Assembly (NCBI GenBank): GCA_964057225.1
Contig: OZ059898.1
Location: 20,584,001-20,648,000, forward strand
Length of the DNA stretch: 64,000 bases
Direction of reading: 5' to 3'
DNA from: Auanema rhodensis
Taxonomy: Eukaryota; Animalia; Nematoda
The notes beneath the pieces were generated by a model, which had not been told where the DNA came from, made no database searches, and saw only the letters and a program-made list of their open reading frames with translations. The position numbers and the translations under genes are program-made. This document shows, in pieces, positions 52,501-64,000 of this stretch (the stretch's first letter is position 1; every line of letters begins with the position of its first letter).

Positions 52501-55500
52501 ATCGAGGATATAAATGTGAACTTATATCAGTTGATATCTCGGTGCATTTTTAAGCTAGCGCAAATCTGATAACACAGATCGACGCAGCTTAAAAATCCGC
52601 ATCGAATGCACTATACTACATTGAGAAACGCTTAATACAAAAATTAGTTATGATCGTTTGAAAAATGATGCATTAGTGTATGTTGAGTTTCCATGTACAC
52701 TCAACATTGCTTCCAAAAACATTTTGACAAAAATTTTTTTGAAAAATTTCAGAATAATTTAGCAAAAAGTAGATGTTTTTAGATTCCATTTTCCAAGGCA
52801 AAGACGATGGACAATGTTATTCAACGAAAAAATTAATTCTTCAGGGTGAAAATCGAGGATATAAGTGTGAACTTATATCAGTTGATATCTCGGTGCATTT
52901 TTAAGCTAGCGCAAATCTGATAACACAGATCGGCGCAGCTTAAAAATCCGCATCGAATGCACTATACTACATTGAGAAACGCTTAATACAAAAATTAGTT
53001 ATGATCCTTTGAAAAATGATGCATTAGTGTATGTTGAGTTTCCATGTACACTCAACATTGCTTCCAAAAACATTTTGACAAAAATTTTTTCGAAAAATTT
53101 CAAAATAATTTAGCAAAAAGTAGATGTTTTTAAATTTCTTATTTCAAGACAAAGACGATGGACATTGTTATTCAACGAAAAAATTAATTCTCCAGGGTGA
53201 AAATCGAGGATATAAGTGTGAACTTATATCAGTTGATATCTCGGTGCATTTTTAAGCTAGCGCAAATCTGATAACACAGATCGACGCAGCTTAAAAATCC
53301 GCATCGAATGCACTATACTACATTGAGAAACGCTTAATACAAAAATTAGTTATGATCGTTTGAAAAATGATGCATTAGTGTATGTTGAGTTTCCATGTAC
53401 ACTCAACATTGCTTCCAAAAACATTTTGACAAAAATTTTTTCGAAAAATTTCAGAATAATTTAGCAAAAAGTAGATGTTTTTAGATTCCATTTTTCAAGG
53501 CAAAGACGATGGACATTGTTATTCAACGAAAAAATTAATTCTTCAGGGTGAAAATCGAGGATATAAGTGTGAACTTATATCAGTTGATATCTCGGTGCAT
53601 TTTTAAGCTAGCGCAAATCTGATAACACAGATCGACGCAGCTTAAAAATCCGCATCGAATGCACTATACTACATTGAGAAACGCTTAATACAAAAATTAG
53701 TTATGATCGTTTGAAAAATGATGCATTAGTGTATGTTGAGTTTCCATGTACACTCAACATTGCTTCCAAAAACATTTTGACAAAAATTTTTTTGAAAAAT
53801 TTCAAAATAATTTAGCAAAAAGTAGATGTTTTTAGATTCCTTTATTCAAGGCAAAGACGATGGACAATGTTATTCAACGAAAAAATTAATTCTTCAGGGT
53901 GAAAATCGAGGATATAAGTGTGAACTTATATCAGTTGATATCTCGGTGCATTTTTAAGCTAGCGCAAATCTGATAACACAGATCGACGCAGCTTGAAAAT
54001 CCGCATCGAATGCACTATACTACATTGAGAAAAGCTTAATACAAAAATTAGTTATGATCCCTTGAAAAATGATGCATTAGTGTATGTTGAGTTTCCATGT
54101 ACACTCAACAATGCTTCCAAAAACACTTTGACAAAAATTTTTTCGAAAAATTTCAAAATAATTTAGCAAAAAGTAGATGTTTTTAGATTCCATTTTTCAA
54201 GGCAAAGACGATGGACAATGTTATTCAACGAAAAAATTATTCCTTCAGGGTGAAAATCGAGGATATAAGTGTGAACTTATATCAGTTGATATCTCGGTGC
54301 ATTTTTAAGCTAGCGCAAATCTGATAACACAGATCGACGCAGCTTAAAAATCCGCATCGAATGCACTATACTACATTGAGAAACGCTTAATACAAAAATT
54401 AGTTATGATCGTTTGAAAAATGATGCATTAGTGTATGTTGAGTTTCCATGTACACTCAACATTGCTTCCAAAAACATTTTGACAAAAATTTTTTCGAAAA
54501 ATTTCAAAATAATTTAGCAAAAAGTAGATGTTTTTAGATTCCTTTATTCAAGGCAAAGACGATGGACAATGTTATTCAACGAAAAAATTAATTCTTCAGG
54601 GTGAAAATCGAGGATATAAATGTGAACTTATATCAGTTGATATCTCGGTGCATTTTTAAGCTAGCGCAAATCTGATAACACAGATCGACGCAGCTTAAAA
54701 ATCCGCATCGAATGCACTATACTACATTGAGAAACGCTTAATACAAAAATTAGTTATGATCGTTTGAAAAATGATGCATTAGTGTATGTTGAGTTTCCAT
54801 GTACACTCAACATTGCTTCCAAAAACATTTTGACAAAAATTTTTTTGAAAAATTTCAGAATAATTTAGCAAAAAGTAGATGTTTTTAGATTCCATTTTTC
54901 AAGGCAAAGACGATGGACAATGTTATTCAACGAAAAAATTAATTCTTCAGGGTGAAAATCGAGGATATAAGTGTGAACTTATATCAGTTGATATCTCGGT
55001 GCATTTTTAAGCTAGCGCAAATCTGATAACACAGATCGGCGCAGCTTAAAAATCCGCATCGAATGCACTATACTACATTGAGAAACGCTTAATACAAAAA
55101 TTAGTTATGATCCTTTGAAAAATGATGCATTAGTGTATGTTGAGTTTCCATGTACACTCAACATTGCTTCCAAAAACATTTTGACAAAAATTTTTTCGAA
55201 AAATTTCAAAATAATTTAGCAAAAAGTAGATGTTTTTAAATTTCTTATTTCAAGACAAAGACGATGGACATTGTTATTCAACGAAAAAATTAATTCTTCA
55301 GGGTGAAAATCGAGGATATAAGTGTGAACTTATATCAGTTGATATCTCGGTGCATTTTTAAGCTAGCGCAAATCTGATAACACAGATCGACGCAGCTTAA
55401 AAATCCGCATCGAATGCACTATACTACATTGAGAAACGCTTAATACAAAAATTAGTTATGATCGTTTGAAAAATGATGCATTAGTGTATGTTGAGTTTCC

Positions 55501-58500
55501 ATGTACACTCAACATTGCTTCCAAAAACATTTTGACAAAAATTTTTTTGAAAAATTTCAAAATAATTTAGCAAAAAGTAGATGTTTTTAGATTCCTTTAT
55601 TCAAGGCAAAGACGATGGACAATGTTATTCAACGAAAAAATTAATTCTTCAGGGTGAAAATCGAGGATATAAGTGTGAACTTATATCAGTTGATATCTCG
55701 GTGCATTTTTAAGCTAGCGCAAATCTGATAACACAGATCGACGCAGCTTGAAAATCCGCATCGAATGCACTATACTACATTGAGAAAAGCTTAATACAAA
55801 AATTAGTTATGATCCCTTGAAAAATGATGCATTAGTGTATGTTGAGTTTCCATGTACACTCAACAATGCTTCCAAAAACACTTTGACAAAAATTTTTTCG
55901 AAAAATTTCAAAATAATTTAGCAAAAAGTAGATGTTTTTAGATTCCTTTTTTCAAGGCAAAGACGATGGACAATGTTATTCAACGAAAAAATTATTCCTT
56001 CAGGGTGAAAATCGAGGATATAAGTGTGAACTTATATCAGTTGATATCTCGGTGCATTTTTAAGCTAGCGCAAATCTGATAACACAGATCGACGCAGCTT
56101 AAAAATCCGCATCGAATGCACTATACTACATTGAGAAACGCTTAATACAAAAATTAGTTATGATCGTTTGAAAAATGATGCATTAGTGTATGTTGAGTTT
56201 CCATGTACACTCAACATTGCTTCCAAAAACATTTTGACAAAAATTTTTTCGAAAAATTTCAAAATAATTTAGCAAAAAGTAGATGTTTTTAAATTTCTTA
56301 TTTCAAGACAAAGACGATGGACATTGTTATTCAACGAAAAAATTAATTCTTCAGGGTGAAAATCGAGGATATAAGTGTGAACTTATATCAGTTGATATCT
56401 CGGTGCATTTTTAAGCTAGCGCAAATCTGATAACACAGATCGACGCAGCTTAAAAATCCGCATCGAATGCACTATACTACATTGAGAAACGCTTAATACA
56501 AAAATTAGTTATGATCGTTTGAAAAATGATGCATTAGTGTATGTTGAGTTTCCATGTACACTCAACATTGCTTCCAAAAACATTTTGACAAAAATTTTTT
56601 CGAAAAATTTCAAAATAATTTAGCAAAAAGTAGATGTTTTTAGATTCCTTTATTCAAGGCAAAGACGATGGACAATGTTATTCAACGAAAAAATTAATTC
56701 TTCAGGGTGAAAATCGAGGATATAAGTGTGAACTTATATCAGTTGATATCTCGGTGCATTTTTAAGCTAGCGCAAATCTGATAACACAGATCGACGCAGC
56801 TTAAAAATCCGCATCGAATGCACTATACTACATTGAGAAAAGCTTAATACAAAAATTAGTTATGATCCCTTGAAAAATGATGCATCAGTGTATGTTGAGT
56901 TTCCATGTACACTCAACAATGCTTCCAAAAACACTTTGACAAAAATTTTTTCGAAAAATTTCAAAATAATTTAGCAAAAAGTAGATGTTTTTAGATTCCT
57001 TTTTTCAAGGCAAAGACGATGGACAATGTTATTCAACGAAAAAATTATTCCTTCAGGGTGAAAATCGAGGATATAAGTGTGAACTTATATCAGTTGATAT
57101 CTCGGTGCATTTTTAAGCTAGCGCAAATCTGATAACACAGATCGACGCAGCTTAAAAATCCGCATCGAATGCACTATACTACATTGAGAAACGCTTAATA
57201 CAAAAATTAGTTATGATCGTTTGAAAAATGATGCATTAGTGTATGTTGAGTTTCCATGTACACTCAACATTGCTTCCAAAAACATTTTGACAAAAATTTT
57301 TTCGAAAAATTTCAAAATAATTTAGCAAAAAGTAGATGTTTTTAAATTTCTTATTTCAAGACAAAGACGATGGACATTGTTATTCAACGAAAAAATTAAT
57401 TCTTCAGGGTGAAAATCGAGGATATAAGTGTGAACTTATATCAGTTGATATCTCGGTGCATTTTTAAGCTAGCGCAAATCTGATAACACAGATCGACGCA
57501 GCTTAAAAATCCGCATCGAATGCACTATACTACATTGAGAAACGCTTAATACAAAAATTAGTTATGATCGTTTGAAAAATGATGCATTAGTGTATGTTGA
57601 GTTTCCATGTACACTCAACATTGCTTCCAAAAACATTTTGACAAAAATTTTTTTGAAAAATTTCAAAATAATTTAGCAAAAAGTAGATGTTTTTAGATTC
57701 CTTTATTCAAGGCAAAGACGATGGACAATGTTATTCAACGAAAAAATTAATTCTTCAGGGTGAAAATCGAGGATATAAGTGTGAACTTATATCAGTTGAT
57801 ATCTCGGTGCATTTTTAAGCTAGCGCAAATCTGATAACACAGATCGACGCAGCTTAAAAATCCGCATCGAATGCACTATACTACATTGAGAAAAGCTTAA
57901 TACAAAAATTAGTTATGATCCCTTGAAAAATGATGCATTAGTGTATGTTGAGTTTCCATGTACACTCAACAATGCTTCCAAAAACACTTTGACAAAAATT
58001 TTTTCGAAAAATTTCAAAATAATTTAGCAAAAAGTAGATGTTTTTAGATTCCTTTTTTCAAGGCAAAGACGATGGACAATGTTATTCAACGAAAAAATTA
58101 TTCCTTCAGGGTGAAAATCGAGGATATAAGTGTGAACTTATATCAGTTGATATCTCGGTGCATTTTTAAGCTAGCGCAAATCTGATAACACAGATCGACG
58201 CAGCTTAAAAATCCGCATCGAATGCACTATACTACATTGAGAAACGCTTAATACAAAAATTAGTTATGATCGTTTGAAAAATGATGCATTAGTGTATGTT
58301 GAGTTTCCATGTACACTCAACATTGCTTCCAAAAACATTTTGACAAAAATTTTTTCGAAAAATTTCAAAATAATTTAGCAAAAAGTAGATGTTTTTAAAT
58401 TTCTTATTTCAAGACAAAGACGATGGACATTGTTATTCAACGAAAAAATTAATTCTTCAGGGTGAAAATCGAGGATATAAGTGTGAACTTATATCAGTTG

Positions 58501-61500
58501 ATATCTCGGTGCATTTTTAAGCTAGCGCAAATCTGATAACACAGATCGACGCAGCTTAAAAATCCGCATCGAATGCACTATACTACATTGAGAAAAGCTT
58601 AATACAAAAATTAGTTATGATCCCTTGAAAAATGATGCATTAGTGTATGTTGAGTTTCCATGTACACTCAACAATGCTTCCAAAAACACTTTGACAAAAA
58701 TTTTTTCGAAAAATTTCAAAATAATTTAGCAAAAAGTAGATGTTTTTAGATTCCTTTTTTCAAGGCAAAGACGATGGACAATGTTATTCAACGAAAAAAT
58801 TATTCCTTCAGGGTGAAAATCGAGGATATAAGTGTGAACTTATATCAGTTGATATCTCGGTGCATTTTTAAGCTAGCGCAAATCTGATAACACAGATCGA
58901 CGCAGCTTAAAAATCCGCATCGAATGCACTATACTACATTGAGAAACGCTTAATACAAAAATTAGTTATGATCGTTTGAAAAATGATGCATTAGTGTATG
59001 TTGAGTTTCCATGTACACTCAACATTGCTTCCAAAAACATTTTGACAAAAATTTTTTCGAAAAATTTCAAAATAATTTAGCAAAAAGTAGATGTTTTTAA
59101 ATTTCTTATTTCAAGACAAAGACGATGGACATTGTTATTCAACGAAAAAATTAATTCTTCAGGGTGAAAATCGAGGATATAAGTGTGAACTTATATCAGT
59201 TGATATCTCGGTGCATTTTTAAGCTAGCGCAAATCTGATAACACAGATCGACGCAGCTTAAAAATCCGCATCGAATGCACTATACTACATTGAGAAACGC
59301 TTAATACAAAAATTAGTTATGATCGTTTGAAAAATGATGCATTAGTGTATGTTGAGTTTCCATGTACACTCAACATTGCTTCCAAAAACATTTTGACAAA
59401 AATTTTTTCGAAAAATTTCAAAATAATTTAGCAAAAAGTAGATGTTTTTAAATTTCTTATTTCAAGACAAAGACGATGGACATTGTTATTCAACGAAAAA
59501 ATTAATTCTTCAGGGTGAAAATCGAGGATATAAGTGTGAACTTATATCAGTTGATATCTCGGTGCATTTTTAAGCTAGCGCAAATCTGATAACACAGATC
59601 GACGCAGCTTAAAAATCCGCATCGAATGCACTATACTACATTGAGAAACGCTTAATACAAAAATTAGTTATGATCGTTTGAAAAATGATGCATTAGTGTA
59701 TGTTGAGTTTCCATATACACTCAACATTGCTTCCAAAAACATTTTGACAAAAATTTTTTCGAAAAATTTCAAAATAATTTAGCAAAAAGTAGATGTTTTT
59801 AGATTCCTTTATTCAAGGCAAAGACGATGGACAATGTTATTCAACGAAAAAATTAATTCTTCAGGGTGAAAATCGAGGATATAAGTGTGAACTTATATCA
59901 GTTGATATCTCGGTGCATTTTTAAGCTAGCGCAAATCTGATAACAAAGATCGACGCAGCTTAAAAATCCGCATCGAATGCACTATACTACATTGAGAAAA
60001 GCTTAATACAAAAATTAGTTATGATCCCTTGAAAAATGATGCATTAGTGTATGTTGAGTTTCCATGTACACTCAACAATGCTTCCAAAAACACTTTGACA
60101 AAAATTTTTTCGAAAAATTTCAAAATAATTTAGCAAAAAGTAGATGTTTTTAGATTCCTTTTTTCAAGGCAAAGACGATGGACAATGTTATTCAACGAAA
60201 AAATTATTCCTTCAGGGTGAAAATCGAGGATATAAGTGTGAACTTATATCAGTTGATATCTCGGTGCATTTTTAAGCTAGCGCAAATCTGATAACACAGA
60301 TCGACGCAGCTTAAAAATCCGCATCGAATGCACTATACTACATTGAGAAACACTTAATACAAAAATTAGTTATGATCGTTTGAAAAATGATGCATTAGTG
60401 TATGTTGAGTTTCCATGTACACTCAACATTGCTTCCAAAAACATTTTGACAAAAATTTTTTCGAAAAATTTCAAAATAATTTAGCAAAAAGTAGATGTTT
60501 TTAGATTCCTTTATTCAAGGCAAAGACGATGGACAATGTTATTCAACGAAAAAATTAATTCTTCAGGGTGAAAATCGAGGATATAAATGTGAACTTATAT
60601 CAGTTGATATCTCGGTGCATTTTTAAGCTAGCGCAAATCTGATAACACAGATCGACGCAGCTTAAAAATCCGCATCGAATGCACTATACTACATTGAGAA
60701 ACGCTTAATACAAAAATTAGTTATGATCGTTTGAAAAATGATGCATTAGTGTATGTTGAGTTTCCATGTACACTCAACATTGCTTCCAAAAACATTTTGA
60801 CAAAAATTTTTTTGAAAAATTTCAGAATAATTTAGCAAAAAGTAGATGTTTTTAGATTCCATTTTTCAAGGCAAAGACGATGGACAATGTTATTCAACGA
60901 AAAAATTAATTCTTCAGGGTGAAAATCGAGGATATAAGTGTGAACTTATATCAGTTGATATCTCGGTGCATTTTTAAGCTAGCGCAAATCTGATAACACA
61001 GATCGGCGCAGCTTAAAAATCCGCATCGATTGCACTATACTACATTGAGAAACGCTTAATACAAAAATTAGTTATGATCCTTTGAAAAATGATGCATTAG
61101 TGTATGTTGAGTTTCCATGTACACTCAACAATGCTTCCAAAAACACTTTGACAAAAATTTTTTCGAAAAATTTCAAAATAATTTAGCAAAAAGTAGATGT
61201 TTTTAGATTCCTTTTTTCAAGGCAAAGACGATGGACAATGTTATTCAACGAAAAAATTATTCCTTCAGGGTGAAAATCGAGGATATAAGTGTGAACTTAT
61301 ATCAGTTGATATCTCGGTGCATTTTTAAGCTAGCGCAAATCTGATAACACAGATCGATGCAGCTTAAAAATCCGCATCGAATGCACTATACTACATTGAG
61401 AAACGCTTAATACAAAAATTAGTTATGATCGTTTGAAAAATGATGCATTAGTGTATGTTGAGTTTCCATGTACACTCAACATTGCTTCCAAAAACATTTT

Positions 61501-63904
61501 GACAAAAATTTTTTCGAAAAATTTCAAAATAATTTAGCAAAAAGTAGATGTTTTTAAATTTCTTATTTCAAGACAAAGACGATGGACATTGTTATTCAAC
61601 GAAAAAATTAATTCTTCAGGGTGAAAATCGAGGATATAAGTGTGAACTTATATCAGTTGATATCTCGGTGCATTTTTAAGCTAGCGCAAATCTGATAACA
61701 CAGATCGACGCAGCTTAAAAATCCGCATCGAATGCACTATACTACATTGAGAAACGCTTAATACAAAAATTAGTTATGATCGTTTGAAAAATGATGCATT
61801 AGTGTATGTTGAGTTTCCATATACACTCAACATTGCTTCCAAAAACATTTTGACAAAAATTTTTTCGAAAAATTTCAAAATAATTTAGCAAAAAGTAGAT
61901 GTTTTTAGATTCCTTTATTCAAGGCAAAGACGATGGACAATGTTATTCAACGAAAAAATTAATTCTTCAGGGTGAAAATCGAGGATATAAGTGTGAACTT
62001 ATATCAGTTGATATCTCGGTGCATTTTTAAGCTAGCGCAAATCTGATAACACAGATCGACGCAGCTTAAAAATCCGCATCGAATGCACTATACTACATTG
62101 AGAAAAGCTTAATACAAAAATTAGTTATGATCCCTTGAAAAATGATGCATTAGTGTATGTTGAGTTTCCATGTACACTCAACAATGCTTCCAAAAACACT
62201 TTGACAAAAATTTTTTCGAAAAATTTCAAAATAATTTAGCAAAAAGTAGATGTTTTTAGATTCCATTTTTCAAGGCAAAGACGATGGACAATGTTATTCA
62301 ACGAAAAAATTAATTCTTCAGGGTGAAAATCGAGGATATAAGTGTGAACTTATATCAGTTGATATCTCGGTGCATTTTTAAGCTAGCGCAAATCTGATAA
62401 CACAGATCGGCGCAGCTTAAAAATCCGCATCGATTGCACTATACTACATTGAGAAACGCTTAATACAAAAATTAGTTATGATCCTTTGAAAAATGATGCA
62501 TTAGTGTATGTTGAGTTTCCATGTACACTCAACAATGCTTCCAAAAACACTTTGACAAAAATTTTTTCGAAAAATTTCAAAATAATTTAGCAAAAAGTAG
62601 ATGTTTTTAGATTCCTTTTTTCAAGGCAAAGACGATGGACAATGTTATTCAACGAAAAAATTATTCCTTCAGGGTGAAAATCGAGGATATAAGTGTGAAC
62701 TTATATCAGTTGATATCTCGGTGCATTTTTAAGCTAGCGCAAATCTGATAACACAGATCGATGCAGCTTAAAAATCCGCATCGAATGCACTATACTACAT
62801 TGAGAAACGCTTAATACAAAAATTAGTTATGATCGTTTGAAAAATGATGCATTAGTGTATGTTGAGTTTCCATGTACACTCAACATTGCTTCCAAAAACA
62901 TTTTGACAAAAATTTTTTCGAAAAATTTCAAAATAATTTAGCAAAAAGTAGATGTTTTTAAATTTCTTATTTCAAGACAAAGACGATGGACATTGTTATT
63001 CAACGAAAAAATTAATTCTTCAGGGTGAAAATCGAGGATATAAGTGTGAACTTATATCAGTTGATATCTCGGTGCATTTTTAAGCTAGCGCAAATCTGAT
63101 AACACAGATCGACGCAGCTTAAAAATCCGCATCGAATGCACTATACTACATTGAGAAACGCTTAATACAAAAATTAGTTATGATCGTTTGAAAAATGATG
63201 CATTAGTGTATGTTGAGTTTCCATGTACACTCAACATTGCTTCCAAAAACATTTTGACAAAAATTTTTTCGAAAAATTTCAAAATAATTTAGCAAAAAGT
63301 AGATGTTTTTAGATTCCTTTATTCAAGGCAAAGACGATGGACAATGTTATTCAACGAAAAAATTAATTCTTCAGGGTGAAAATCGAGGATATAAGTGTGA
63401 ACTTATATCAGTTGATATCTCGGTGCATTTTTAAGCTAGCGCAAATCTGATAACACAGATCGACGCAGCTTAAGAATCCGCATCGAATGCACTATACTAC
63501 ATTGAGAAAAGCTTAATACAAAAATTAGTTATGATCCCTTGAAAAATGATGCATTAGTGTATGTTGAGTTTCCATGTACACTCAACAATGCTTCCAAAAA
63601 CACTTTGACAAAAATTTTTTCGAAAAATTTCAAAATAATTTAGCAAAAAGTAGATGTTTTTAGATTCCTTTTTTCAAGGCAAAGACGATGGACAATGTTA
63701 TTCAACGAAAAAATTATTCCTTCAGGGTGAAAATCGAGGATATAAGTGTGAACTTATATCAGTTGATATCTCGGTGCATTTTTAAGCTAGCGCAAATCTG
63801 ATAACACAGATCGACGCAGCTTAAAAATCCGCATCGAATGCACTATACTACATTGAGAAACGCTTAATACAAAAATTAGTTATGATCGTTTGAAAAATGA
63901 TGCA
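49514..63904. repeat. Sub-domain dominated by a D-H-C trimer (1053 bp) with A-B interruptions
   Basis: GAAAAGCTT variant first at 50172, 11 occurrences by my count, always linked to GATCCCTTG and followed by a CAATGC/CACTTT monomer; cleanest run 55130-58288. Confidence 0.85.
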
Positions 63905-64000
63905 TTAGTGTATGTTGAGTTTCCATGTACACTCAACATTGCTTCCAAAAACATTTTGACAAAAATTTTTTTGAAAAATTTCAGAATAATTTAGCAAAAA

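Larger units (their letters stand above)
1..64000. repeat. Tandem satellite DNA array, 351-bp monomer, 182 full copies + 96-bp partial, runs off both window ends
   Basis: TTAGTGTATGTTGAG recurs at 1, 352, 703 ... 7021 (=1+20x351), 14041 and 17200. It then recurs at +23 (17574 ... 37581) and at +22 (37931, 44951 ... 63905). No non-repeat sequence or inversion seen. Confidence 0.99.

Noticed and set aside
1-64000. Giant repetitive ORF, since 351 is divisible by 3 (117-aa repeat)
   Set aside because: All six frames are closed: + strand TAG 2-4, TGA 12-14, TAG 88-90; - strand stops at TTA 1-3, TCA 29-31, TTA 87-89.
1-64000. CRISPR array or integron-like cassette array (palindromic repeats)
   Set aside because: Sequence between hairpins is the same in every unit, so there are no unique spacers or cassettes, and no cas or integrase genes.
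1-64000. Artefact such as a rolling-circle concatemer or collapsed assembly
   Set aside because: Variants are linked, recurrent and spatially clustered substitutions rather than random or indel-type errors, which fits a genuine evolved array.

Overview
The whole 64 kb window is one uninterrupted head-to-tail tandem array of an AT-rich 351-bp monomer (about 32% GC by hand count of copy 1). It holds 182 complete copies plus a 96-bp partial copy starting at 63905, all in the same orientation. I find no genes, RNA genes, CRISPR array or inserted mobile element, and all six reading frames are closed within the monomer. This is eukaryotic-type satellite DNA, plausibly centromeric or pericentromeric, but I cannot name the family or host from sequence alone. 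The register shifts only twice: a 23-bp internal duplication at 17267-17312 and a 1-bp deletion near 37893. Copies differ at about a dozen recurring diagnostic sites. I typed them by eye as A (TTCCTTTATT + ATAAATG), B (TTTGAA/CAGAAT/CCATTT/GGCGC), C (CAATGC/CACTTT/CCTTTTTT/ATTCC), D (AAATTTYTTATTTCAAGAC), E (CAGAAT/CCATTT/ATTCC), F (CCTTCATT), G (CCATTT/CATTG/CAACG) and H (GAAAAGCTT/CCCTTG). The types form short, local, unstable higher-order repeats and block duplications that change along the array. The most notable points are (i) most of the monomer is built from inverted repeats, including a ~59-nt hairpin overlapping the least variable part, (ii) the two most variable sites form an inverted-repeat pair, and (iii) a recombination junction is present together with a possible precursor allele. 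I do not see a gene-encoded novel system, and any functional role for the structures is inference. Typing was manual, so rare variants may have been missed.
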